Below, in pieces: positions 13,684-24,875 of a DNA stretch of 64,000 nt (position 1 is its first letter; each line of letters opens with the position of its first letter). A model generated the notes under the pieces. That model did no database searches. It was not told the origin of the DNA and saw only the letters and a program-made list of their open reading frames with translations. The translations under genes and the position numbers were made by a program. Origin of the DNA: Octopus sinensis (lineage: Eukaryota); the NCBI RefSeq assembly GCF_006345805.1, contig NC_043012.1, forward strand, positions 13,330,001-13,394,000, read 5' to 3'.

Positions 13684-13987
13684 TGTTTGTTCCTTCTCGA
13701 GCCATGTCTGGCTCATAAGGGCCGGTTTTTCAGTTTCCTTGGCGTATATGTTCCCCACCTGGACGGGACGTCGGTCCGTCGCAGGTGAGCTGCAAGATGC
13801 CGGAGGAAAGAGTGAGAGAGAAAGTTGTGACGAAAGAGTCAGCAGAAGTTCGTCATTACCTTCTGCCGGAGCCCCGTGGAGCTTAGGTGTTTCGCTCATA
13901 AACACACACATCACCCGGTCTGAGAGTCGAATACGCGATCCCTCTACCGCGAGTCCGCTGCTCTAACCACTAGGCCATGTGTCTCCA
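13684..13987 (-). mobile_element. tRNA-headed SINE (type 3)
   Basis: Minus strand starts GGAGACACATGGCCTAGTGGTTAGAGCAGCGGACTCGCGG...ATTCGACTC (A- and B-box-like); related heads at 37200-37489 and 61070-61340. Confidence 0.75.
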
Positions 13988-15690
13988 CAGAGAGGTCTAC
14001 TATATGAAATAACTGTTTGGAAATGCAGAGAAAATATTTTCAGAAGACACGAAACCTTTGGAAATCACGAACTAGAGTTGTCTATAATGCACTACATGCA
14101 TTTTTATGAGACAATGAGTGTGATTTATGTTATTTTACTGCATGAAATGTGATATTAGGTTGTTAATATCAACGAAACCTAAAATTGCCTGTGTAACCAA
14201 TAAAGGGATTTAATCTAAAATTCACGTCACAGATGTAGTAAGTGCGACCGATGCGAAATCTAATGATTATAAAGGAAAGCTCCCAAATTCAGTGAAGAGG
14301 AGGATCGGCGTCCTAAAGGCAACGGCAGATAGAGTCGGAAAGCATTTCAGAATGGTCTTATTAAGAAAATTAAAAAACAAATTTAGAACTCAGTGCACAC
14401 GCGCACACAAAAACTTATATCTGGGAAATGTAGTTATCAAAAGCAAAACTCAAGCAACACATGGTAAGGGGTGTTGAGAGTATCGTCCTTCATTTAAAAT
14501 GCATAAAGTTTAATTTCTCTTTAGATTCCGTGTGAGCTAGGCTGAGAGACTTTTATATATATATACTGCCGAGAGACTTTTTGAACACCCTGTATATGAA
14601 AGGGTGTAACACATATAAACGGAGAGCGAAAACAGAACCAGGAATCGGATTGTAAGGTAAGTTGTGAGAGCAGGTTGAGGAGAGAGGTGAGAGAAATATT
14701 ATAAAAAAATTGGAGGAGAAAATTTAATTAAAGAACACTACAAATATAACAATCAACTTTTAATCGTTTGTTAGTACACAATATAATATAAGACTGATAG
14801 CTACATGCGCTCACAAACTCAAACATATATATCCAAAACAGATTCTCATAACATCAAAATTTCTGTAAGTACAATATTTTCCGTATATATATAAAAAATA
14901 TCGAACATACAAAAGGTACGAAAACATATTTCAACATGAATAAAGAATAATTAAAATGGTGACCAACATGATCATATTACTATTGTAGCTCATATATCAC
15001 CATCATTAGTATAAAATTAGTCTATCTGGCATTCATAAATCATTTCCAAGGAATAAGGTAGCATTTATTTTGACATTCCTCTTATTTTACTTTGTAAAGT
15101 AAGGTTACATTACGATGCCTTATAATCTATTTTCTCAGCAATTTGAATAAATAGTAATCGTATAGTATACGAACAGAACGAAATGATTTCGAATTCCAGT
15201 TTAACAGAATGTGCATATGAAATATTTTAAAAATCACAATAGATAACAATGATTTTGTATCTGATTTCTAAGCTTGAAAGATATTTAGCTTTTTCATGAC
15301 AGATATATATGGCTTAATTTTGTCGAAATAAAGAATACTGACCTACTCTGAGCATAGACTTGTGTTCGTTAAATTAAGTTTACTTATACATTTTAATTGG
15401 CTTAATCTGTATTATTTTCGTTTTAAGGATATGAATTTTATTTTTTCAATTATTATACGTCGTATATATTTCCAAGATATAATAGATCAGCAATTATCTC
15501 TTTTGTCATAATACTGTATGAAATTCGTGTTGGAAAGTGAAAAGAAAAACTTACTATGGAAAGCGGAATTTTGTACATACATGAGATAGCGTCAATATTT
15601 AATAGCACTTATAGACGAAATACGGAATTAAAGCACATACAACTAGGTCTTTATGGTTTTACATTAGCATAGTTTGAAAAGACCCTGAAA

Positions 15691-16863
15691 TTATTGTGAA
15701 CTTTCTTCATCTTTGTCAGTATTAGTTGCTGACAAAGCAATTATGATATAGAACATGAGAAATATGACAATTATTGACAAAAATATTTTGTCTAGTTTCT
15801 GAGACGTTAGAAAATGTTTTTTATACGCAGTTTTCGTCTTTATCTTCATATTGTGCTCATCTGATATTTCTGAAACGCCAACACTGTTTCTTGATCTATT
15901 TGTTTCTTTTGCAAATTCTGGAGTTGAGTTATTGTTCGATCCAGTCTGGTGGGCATGCACTTTACATATAATTACTGACCCGACAGTAGAACAACCGCTG
16001 ACAAATGTCAAAATTAAGAGATATATTAGATATGCAGATGGTTCCTCAGAATTATAACCCAATATTTTTTCAGTTTCAGAAAGAAAAACGATGTTTGTAA
16101 GAAAAACAGTGATTGCAAGTGAAATTTTCTCTCCAGAGTCAGCCGGTAGCAAATGGACAGAAAAGATCAAAAATGTTAACATAATTGGGGGTATAATTTT
16201 TGCTACTGTTGCACTGTTAAGACTTCTCTTACCATGAACTTTAAGGCCCACTGCTGTAGTATTCGTCCTTCCGATGTCAATCTCCTCAAACTTGAAATTC
16301 CATTGTTTTAATTTGGATTTGCATTCTATAGTGTACTCAAAACCGTTTATAGTTTCCTCCATATGCATCACATGCGCAAAGCAAACCAATATATCACATT
16401 CGTGCTCATCAAAAGGATATTTCTCAACGTTAATCCTGCAGTAAGATTTGAATATTTCATTTATATACAAGTGAATGTATCCGGCAGAATTTATAGTGAC
16501 TGCCGTGGTCGGATCCATACGAAATCTACCCAATACGCTATTACATATTTGAATATTAGGGTACCATATGTTTCCTAATTCAACATATATGAGACTTTTC
16601 CCGTATGTTGATTCATCCCACTTGAGATTAGTGTCGCGCCATTTTATGCCGAGTATTAAATTACTTGCCAGTACACCTTGCTTGATGTCTAATTCAATAA
16701 TGTTCTCTACAGAAAGTGAAACATTTACATGTACTAAGCCATCTTCCTTATTAGCCGGTTTCTTTGTTTTATCGTAATTACTGAATATCTCTTTTTCTAA
16801 AGGTTTATTTTGTGAAGAAGCACTTGCAAAGGAAATAAATATTAAGTCAATTATCAATTTCAT
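15691..16863 (-). CDS. Cephalopod chemotactile receptor-like pentameric ligand-gated ion channel subunit, CR-A (390 aa from M34 of the listed 423-aa ORF)
   Basis: Single-exon ORF with signal peptide MKLIIDLIFISFASASS, WYPNIQICN (loop A), Cys-loop CRINVEKYPFDEHEC (C-x13-C), four TM helices with GEKISLAITVFLTNIVF (M2). No loop B Trp and no loop C vicinal CC. Start chosen by alignment with the CR-B/CR-C starts. Confidence 0.95.
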   Translation of the reverse strand: MKLIIDLIFISFASASSQNKPLEKEIFSNYDKTKKPANKEDGLVHVNVSLSVENIIELDIKQGVLASNLILGIKWRDTNLKWDESTYGKSLIYVELGNIWYPNIQICNSVLGRFRMDPTTAVTINSAGYIHLYINEIFKSYCRINVEKYPFDEHECDILVCFAHVMHMEETINGFEYTIECKSKLKQWNFKFEEIDIGRTNTTAVGLKVHGKRSLNSATVAKIIPPIMLTFLIFSVHLLPADSGEKISLAITVFLTNIVFLSETEKILGYNSEEPSAYLIYLLILTFVSGCSTVGSVIICKVHAHQTGSNNNSTPEFAKETNRSRNSVGVSEISDEHNMKIKTKTAYKKHFLTSQKLDKIFLSIIVIFLMFYIIIALSATNTDKDEESSQ

Positions 16864-17288
16864 GATGATCAATTTAAAGGCAATATTGGGTTTTATTATT
16901 ATTTTTCTCAGTATATTTAAGTCTGTGCAAGTATTGCGTATTTCTATATATTTTTTCTGCATGTTTAAAACATATAGGAAATCGTTTTATGAAAAGTGTC
17001 CTAATAATAGAGATGATATAAGTTACGTATATACTGTCAATCTATTTTCTGTTCAAATTAATACACAAACGTCTAAAAAGAGTTCCAATTACTTTGCGTT
17101 TCATAGGATTGTCTGTGTTTATGTAATGCAAACAAACGAAGATCATATAATTCAGCTTGGCTTATCATGAACATTATCATATATCATCAGGTCTTCAAAT
17201 GTCTTTACTATTTTGGATCGTTTTTGGATCTGTGTATTAGTGAAGATGGTCTGCATATATGTGTAGGTGTGCAGTAGGAAGTAGGAAA

Positions 17289-17320
17289 TTATTCGTTCTA
17301 ACCGTCAATGCCCTTAAATA
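17289..17320 (-). promoter_or_regulatory. Candidate core promoter of CR-A (TATA-like TATTTAAG)
   Basis: TATTTAAGGG at 17320-17311 is conserved with CR-B (31012-31003) and as TAATTAAGGG upstream of the pseudogene, about 420-460 nt upstream of the starts. Confidence 0.4.
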
Positions 17321-17322
17321 GA

Positions 17323-17617
17323 GATTTTTTGGGCCTCATCCCCACTGCTATTCATGTCTTTTTCCTTCGTGTCTCTCTCTTCCTTTTTTAACCATGGGCC
17401 ATTATATAATATTTTGAAGCACAGACTTTAAATGATCTGAAGATCGAATATGCATTTAATGCTTGAAAATGATTTTTTGGGCCTCATCCCCACTGCTATT
17501 CATGTCTTTTTCCTTCGTGTCTCTCTCTTCCTTTTTTAACCATGGGCCATTATATAATATTTTGAAGCACAGACTTTAAATGATCTGAAGATCGAATATG
17601 CATTTAATGCTTGAAAA
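17323..17617. repeat. Apparently perfect 147-bp direct tandem duplication (period 148)
   Basis: 17323-17469 matches 17471-17617 (gattttttgggcctcatcccc...gcttgaaaa). Confidence 0.95.
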
Positions 17618-18699
17618 CTACAATTATATGTTGCAAAAGATATTTTCACTTAGTTATTGATAATACATCAAAAGAAAATATTTTGTTAGTAATTTAATGT
17701 ATTATTAAAAATACATTAAATAGATTGATGTAAATAACTTTATTCTTTTGTTATACGTAGTGTGTTGTTTCAGGCGTCAAGTGTTAGTTTTCCCATAAGG
17801 TTAAACGTAAATGGACACTCCGAAATTTTCCACTTATAAATATATCTATATGGTAACTATTGAATATTATCGAATGGATACTGAACAATAGATGTTTTTA
17901 GGAGTGTATAGTTCATATCTTGACTTGTGATTATATGTTCTCTCATACCCACAGCTGTACGGGGAAAAGACATTGATCAAATGGAAAGTTAAAGTATGGT
18001 GATCAACAAATCGCCATTGCACTTTCTGCTCATGCCGATAATAAAACTGTCTTGATATTTGCTGATATACGATGAGAAGAGAAATTAGAAAGGCAAAAAA
18101 CGAATGAGTTTTTCTTTTTCTCATTGAAATATTCTCCTCTCTATATATTTACCAGACTCTATATATGTATACCACCCATGCTGAGAGTATGTATGCGTTT
18201 GAGTCAGAGTGTGTGTATGCGTGTGTGAAAGGAATTTCATTAGCGTCACAGGGTAATTAAATGATAACTTATTTTAATAAAACACTTTCCTATTAGAAAA
18301 TATTATTTTTCTTACGTTGACAAACACTTTGACACAGACACGCGATATTTAAATTCGAAAATTTATTGCTGTTGTTGCTTAAATACCAGCAGTGGACTAC
18401 ACTGAGGAGAAACAAAACTGTTACTTCCAGTTCATCATTCCATAAAATGTGTTTAGTAAAAGAAAAAAAATTGCAAAGCATCAATACAATTCATAGTGGC
18501 AAAGAAACGATGAATCTACCAGGTGGTTGTGGGATGTGCTGGAAATAATAGCTAAATCTGCCTTAAATCGCACACCTTTGCATCTGATAGTTACCTAAAA
18601 TTATAAACTTATAAAATTTATCGTGCTGAGGACAATGCAAATGATTTTAAATTCGCCAGTTTCTTTTAAACGGCGCTTCCTTTTTTGTTTGAAAATAAA

Positions 18700-19170
18700 G
18701 GAACTGGTGATGTGGTCACAGAAATTGTCTGACAGCCATGGCTCGGTTCTCCTGCTTGTTTGGCATAGTGCAGAGATCTGTTGCTACATGTAAGTTTTTC
18801 CAGCAGCCACCCGCTTGACGAAGGGTAGCATTAACTCCTCCTAGCACTTGATGTAGGCCTTGGTGTTGGGTCTGAGGCCATATGGGAAGATGAATGGAAG
18901 CATAACGTCGCCATCGCTAGTGATCACTCCAAACAACATGATGTTAATTGGATGTTTGATTTTTGTCACACCCGGTACATGTTTTGGGGACATGGCAAGT
19001 GAATGGTTGCTTTGCGTGTTCACCATTTGAACCTGGGAAAATTTGTTCTCGCCTGAGAAAAACTAAAGCATGTTCGTTTGGAGGAGATGCTTGTGTTTGT
19101 TCAAAAGATACCTAGCGCGGTCTTTTCTCTTGTCTTTGATGGCTTGGGATGAAAACTGGCCCTTTCATTA
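18700..19170 (-). mobile_element. Tc1/mariner-superfamily transposase relic (maT/DD37D-like by resemblance)
   Basis: FSGENKFSQVQMVNTQ...KHPINIMLFGVITSDGDVMLPFIFPYGLRPNTKAYIKC*EELMLPFVKRVAAG...WLSDNFCDHIT; stops present and the third catalytic Asp region is missing. Confidence 0.75.
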
Positions 19171-19680
19171 GTGACGATTTAGACATGCTACAGTACATTA
19201 CCAAAAACAATTCATGAAGAGGCATTATTGGTTTCCTTCGATGTTATTAATATTTACACCAAAACCGCAGATGACTTTGGAATAAAAGCAATAAAATTCT
19301 AGTTCGAAAATACCCGGAAGTAGTCCCGGAACGCATAAATCATGTCTTTATAATTGAATCTTTAAAAATTATACTTCATAACATTTATTTCCTATTTGAT
19401 GACACCTACTATCGACAAAATGCGGAATTGCGATGGGAACGAAAGCAGCCCCTTTTCTTGCGAACCTGATAAAGGGCTATTTTGCATTCATCATATATGA
19501 AGCGTCATTTCAAAAATATGGTTATCCATTTCACCATTCCATAAGAGAAAACTGGAAAAGATACCTAGATGACTGCTTTATCATTTGAGACCATTTATCA
19601 AGGAGACCAGTGACAAACTTTTGGAATTCAAATCAACACTAAATGATATAAACAGTAACATTCAATTCACAGCCTTATAT
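19170..19680 (+). mobile_element. Penelope-like element (PLE) reverse transcriptase fragment
   Basis: LLVSFDVINIYT, GIAMGTKAAPFLANL, WKRYLDDCFII and LNDINSNIQFT motifs in PLE RT order, with frameshifts and stops. Confidence 0.8.
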
Positions 19681-20112
19681 TTTTAACTCATTCTGAATTT
19701 CTTTTATATATATATATACACATATGCTGATATATATTCTACGTTGGACTTTTCATTGGCATAATCACCGAACCTGGAGCTTAACTATAGTAAGTCCATA
19801 ACACTTAACAGCATTGCCTGGCACCTTTCGGTCTTATTGACATCATTACCTCTTATAGCTATATATATAAAGATATTTATCGGATGACCCAACAACTCAA
19901 CATGAGGTACGGACCATGGCAATTGAGTCAAACACGATTATACATCAAGTGTACGAACAGCAGGGACAAAGCACATACAGGAGTGGTAATGTGAAACACC
20001 CAAACTGAGGAAGTTAGACAGACCATGGTGGTGCTCCATGATGTATAAAAAGTGTGTGTGTGTGTGTATATATATATATATGCGTGTGTGTGTGCGTATA
20101 TATATATATATA

Positions 20113-20147
<35 letters not shown>

Positions 20148-20182
20148 GTATATATATATATATATGTATATATTTATATATA

Positions 20183-20234
<52 letters not shown>

Positions 20235-20475
20235 ATACATTGTCTTTTATATTTTATATTTTATGTCTTTCCGTTTAAGATTGTTGCCTCGATTTCTATC
20301 GATATTTTCTCGAACTATAACGTTAGAGGCTATATGTATTAGCATATGCACACACACACGCACACACATACATATATATAGGCCATTCAACCCACTAGAA
20401 AGAGCAGCTAAACTCAAACCGCTAAATAGTTGTAATTCAGAAACCAAAGGAAAATAAAAACATTTACCCTTATCA

Positions 20476-20573
20476 TCTTTGGACTATGCATAGTTTCGAC
20501 ATATATATTGGCAAACCGATTTAATTAAATTAAATTAAATCTATTTGCCACTGGCGTGTCTCGTCAGCAAAGA
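20476..20573 (-). ncRNA. Type I hammerhead ribozyme, complete canonical core
   Basis: Minus strand: UCUUUG CUGACGA GACA-(long stem-loop)-UGUC GAAA CUAUGCAUAG UC CAAAGA. Stem I 6 bp, stem II 4 bp plus extension, palindromic stem III, GUC cleavage triplet (cut between + coordinates 20482 and 20481). Confidence 0.85.
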
Positions 20574-21047
20574 ACTCAGGGAAATATATATCCACGATGC
20601 GACAGCATCGACGCCTCGAGGATATATATTCTAAACTTTCGAAATCTACCGTCACCGCGCCAACTTATCAGCGGCAAATATAAACTGCTGATTTAATTTC
20701 AGAATTAGCCAAAAAATCATTAATTAATCAATATCAGGGTAGCAAAAAATTCAAGAGAAATTTTTCGCCACCAGCGTTCCAGTGAGAAAGAAAAAATAGT
20801 CAACAGACTATATAATATACATTCAACTATATTAAGAAATGGCCTTGATAGGCCATTCAAAACACTAGAAAGAGCAGCTAAACACAAACCGCTAAATAGT
20901 TGTAATTCAGAAACCAAAGGAAAATAAAAACATTTACCCTCATCATCTTTGGACTATGCATAGAATCGACGGTAGATTTCGAAAATTTAGAATATATATT
21001 CTCGAGGCGTTGATGCTGTCGCATCGTGGATATATATTTCCCTGGCT

Positions 21048-21141
21048 TCTTTGCTGACGAGACAGGCCAGTGGCAAATAGATTTAATTTAATTTAATTAA
21101 ATCGGTTTGCCAATATGTATATTGAAACTATCATCCAAAGA
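21048..21141 (+). ncRNA. Degenerate hammerhead copy (probably inactive)
   Basis: UCUUUG CUGACGA GAC...AUU GAAA CUAUCA UC CAAAGA: core and stem I intact, but the stem II 3' arm and the stem III palindrome are disrupted. Confidence 0.65.
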
Positions 21142-21365
21142 TGATAAGGGTAAATGTTTTTATTTTCCTTTGGTTTCTGAATTACAACTATTTAGCGGGT
21201 TGAGTTTAGCTGCTCTTTCTAGTGGGTTGAATGGCCTATCAAGGCCATTCCTTAATATTGTTGAATGTATATTATATAGTCTGTTGACTATTTTTTCTTT
21301 CTCACTCGACAGCTGATGGCGAAAAATTTCTCTTGAATAACTTTTTGCTACCTTGATATTGATTA

Positions 21366-21411
<46 letters not shown>

Positions 21412-21420
21412 TATATATAA

Positions 21421-23128
21421 AGCCATATGTATGTGCATGTGTGTGTTTGTGCGAGTACGTGTGTATATATAGAACGCAAAAAATCATAATATATGAAGAA
21501 TACAAATAATAATCACCACGGTTATAATTTGCTGATTAGATATAAAAAATGTCAAATAATTCGTTGGTGGATAAACGGTAACAAGTCACATGGAGACATT
21601 ACAATAATCCGCTTCTTCTCATCAGGTGAGGATTGGCATATGCAGCTCACAGAGTAGTTCATCCACACAAGGACACACCACACGCTCACAAGTGCACACA
21701 TACATGCACACACATGCACACACATACACACACATACACAACCCTCAACACCACAGCCACAACGTATGAAGCGTCTTTATAACTAAAAATCCAGAAAAAC
21801 CGTGGATTTTTCTGTGAGGAATATATAAATAATATATTAGATGTAGGAGATTTATTTAGATATAGTTATAGGCTTAATATCCGTTGGATTACGTTTACCA
21901 ACCTTTTCCATGAAAGAAATTACACATTGTAACCAGCATTATTTAATAGAATTTTGTGTTTAAAAATGTATGCCAATGAAGGAAGTTAGCTCATCAGGTC
22001 ACATAAATATGGTTCGACCACTCTTTAAATTTAGAATGTGTGGAAGATCGGAATGGGTTTAAATTCTATGGATGTTGTGAGTAAAAGAAAAGTAACAAAT
22101 AAAAGATGTACATCGTACCAAATAGAGCTTTAGGAAGCATAACGGTCAGAAAGAGAAAGATGAGCATGACTAGCAAGATGTGTTCAATCACCAGCAGAAT
22201 ATAGTCCTGTGTGAAATTTTGCTGCAAATTTTTTAGATATCATCCAAATGTGCCAAAACGAGGCGAAAATAATTGAAGGTTAAATGCACGTAAACGCAAC
22301 TGAAGATGCTCTAATGTCCGTGATGATAGTAGAAGCGATTACATAACTATTAAATTTATAATCATATACATACATATTACATAACAAATTCAGCTCATAA
22401 TGACTGCAGGCGTAAGGTGAGGTGATAGATAATGCTAAGCATAAACTGAAAATACAGATAAGTAATTAAAAAATGATAAAAATACGTAGATTTATCAGTT
22501 GAGTCAAACACATCTATTGCTGACGAAAAATAAATATTTTGAAGTAGTAATATCTGCATAAGATGACAGCCTATTCTTGGCGCTACAAGAGTCAGTGTGA
22601 ATGTACACTTGGAATCTCGGTGGATTTATTGCAATAAAGATCACAGGAAGTTCAGCCACTTCTCTACAGTTTTTACCGTAATACTTAATATCTTAAAGGA
22701 AGGCGGCTGGCTAATGAAGTAGAATTCTTCCTCTCCGCAGGTGAAAATGATCCAATATATAATAACGAAAATTCTCTTGAAATCTACCAATCAAACTACA
22801 GGAACTATAGTAGAATTGTGTTATCGAATATGTACGGTGTATTTACATATCGCATTATAACTCGTCCAATAACAATTCAATGATCATTTTATCAAATGTT
22901 CTAAAGTTTCATTTGTTATCAACTATCGTTTAAAAGCGATTGCCATTTCTCCCATTTTTCTTATTATTCGTATGGTCATGTTGACAAGTACTTAAACTGT
23001 GTGAATGTAAGTTAGCGAGCAATATGCTGCTTCTTTTATGACTACTGAAAACGTAACATTGACGTCAATGTGGCTATCGTTTCTGTCTCAATAAATGTGC
23101 ATGTGTGTGTACGTATATATATATATAA

Positions 23129-23170
<42 letters not shown>

Positions 23171-24875
23171 CCATATGTATGTGCATGTGTGTGTTTGTGC
23201 GAGTACGTGTGTATATATAGAACGCAAAAAATCATAATATATGAAGAATACAAATAATAATCACCACGGTTATAATTTGCTGATTAGATATAAAAAATGT
23301 CAAATAATTCGTTGGTGGATAAACGGTAACAAGTCACATGGAGACATTACAATAATCCGCTTCTTCTCATCAGGTGAGGATTGGCATATGCAGCTCACAG
23401 AGTAGTTCATCCACACAAGGACACACACACGCTCACAAGTGCACACATACATGCACACACATGCACACACATACACACACATACACAACCCTCAACACCA
23501 CAGCCACAACGTATGAAGCGTCTTTATAACTAAAAATCCAGAAAAACCGTGGATTTTTCTGTGAGGAATATATAAATAATATATTAGATGTAGGAGATTT
23601 ATTTAGATATAGTTATAGGCTTAATATCCGTTGGATTACGTTTACCAACCTTTTCCATGAAAGAAATTACACATTGTAACCAGCATTATTTAATAGAATT
23701 TTGTGTTTAAAAATGTATGCCAATGAAGGAAGTTAGCTCATCAGGTCACATAAATATGGTTCGACCACTCTTTAAATTTAGAATGTGTGGAAGATCGGAA
23801 TGGGTTTAAATTCTATGGATGTTGTGAGTAAAAGAAAAGTAACAAATAAAAGATGTACATCGTACCAAATAGAGCTTTAGGAAGCATAACGGTCAGAAAG
23901 AGAAAGATGAGCATGACTAGCAAGATGTGTTCAATCACCAGCAGAATATAGTCCTGTGTGAAATTTTGCTGCAAATTTTTTAGATATCATCCAAATGTGC
24001 CAAAACGAGGCGAAAATAATTGAAGGTTAAATGCACGTAAACGCAACTGAAGATGCTCTAATGTCCGTGATGATAGTAGAAGCGATTACATAACTATTAA
24101 ATTTATAATCATATACATACATATTACATAACAAATTCAGCTCATAATGACTGCAGGCGTAAGGTGAGGTGATAGATAATGCTAAGCATAAACTGAAAAT
24201 ACAGATAAGTAATTAAAAAATGATAAAAATACGTAGATTTATCAGTTGAGTCAAACACATCTATTGCTGACGAAAAATAAATATTTTGAAGTAGTAATAT
24301 CTGCATAAGATGACAGCCTATTCTTGGCGCTACAAGAGTCAGTGTGAATGTACACTTGGAATCTCGGTGGATTTATTGCAATAAGATCACAGGAAGTTCA
24401 GCCACTTCTCTACAGTTTTTACCGTAATACTTAATATCTTAAAGGAAGGCGGCTGGCTAATGAAGTAGAATTCTTCCTCTCCGCAGGTGAAAATGATCCA
24501 ATATATAATAACGAAAATTCTCTTGAAATCTACCAATCAAACTACAGGAACTATAGTAGAATTGTGTTATCGAATATGTACGGTGTATTTACATATCGCA
24601 TTATAACTCGTCCAATAACAATTCAATGATCATTTTATCAAATGTTCTAAAGTTTCATTTGTTATCAACTATCGTTTAAAAGCGATTGCCATTTCTCCCA
24701 TTTTTCTTATTATTCGTATGGTCATGTTGACAAGTACTTAAACTGTGTGAATGTAAGTTAGCGAGCAATATGCTGCTTCTTTTATGACTACTGAAAACGT
24801 AACATTGACGTCAATGTGGCTATCGTTTCTGTCTCAATAAATGTGCATGTGTGTGTACGTATATATATATATAAG

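Larger units (their letters stand above)
20381..21366. mobile_element. Hammerhead-containing repeat (retrozyme / Penelope pseudo-LTR-like): about 1.3 tandem units on - plus one inverted partial unit on +
   Basis: Block order on +: B(20381-20495) C(20503-20652) x A(20728-20849) B(20850-20965) C'(20968-21120) B'(21125-21236) A'(21237-21366); flanked by (TA)n. Confidence 0.8.

Noticed and set aside
14290-14600. Possible Tc1-type terminus (tttttgaacaccctgta)
   Set aside because: Only one short end and no convincing transposase; left unannotated.
16864-16962. 33-aa N-terminal extension of the listed 423-aa ORF
   Set aside because: M34 aligns with the CR-B/CR-C starts and begins a normal signal peptide; the extension is homologous to non-coding flank in the other copies.
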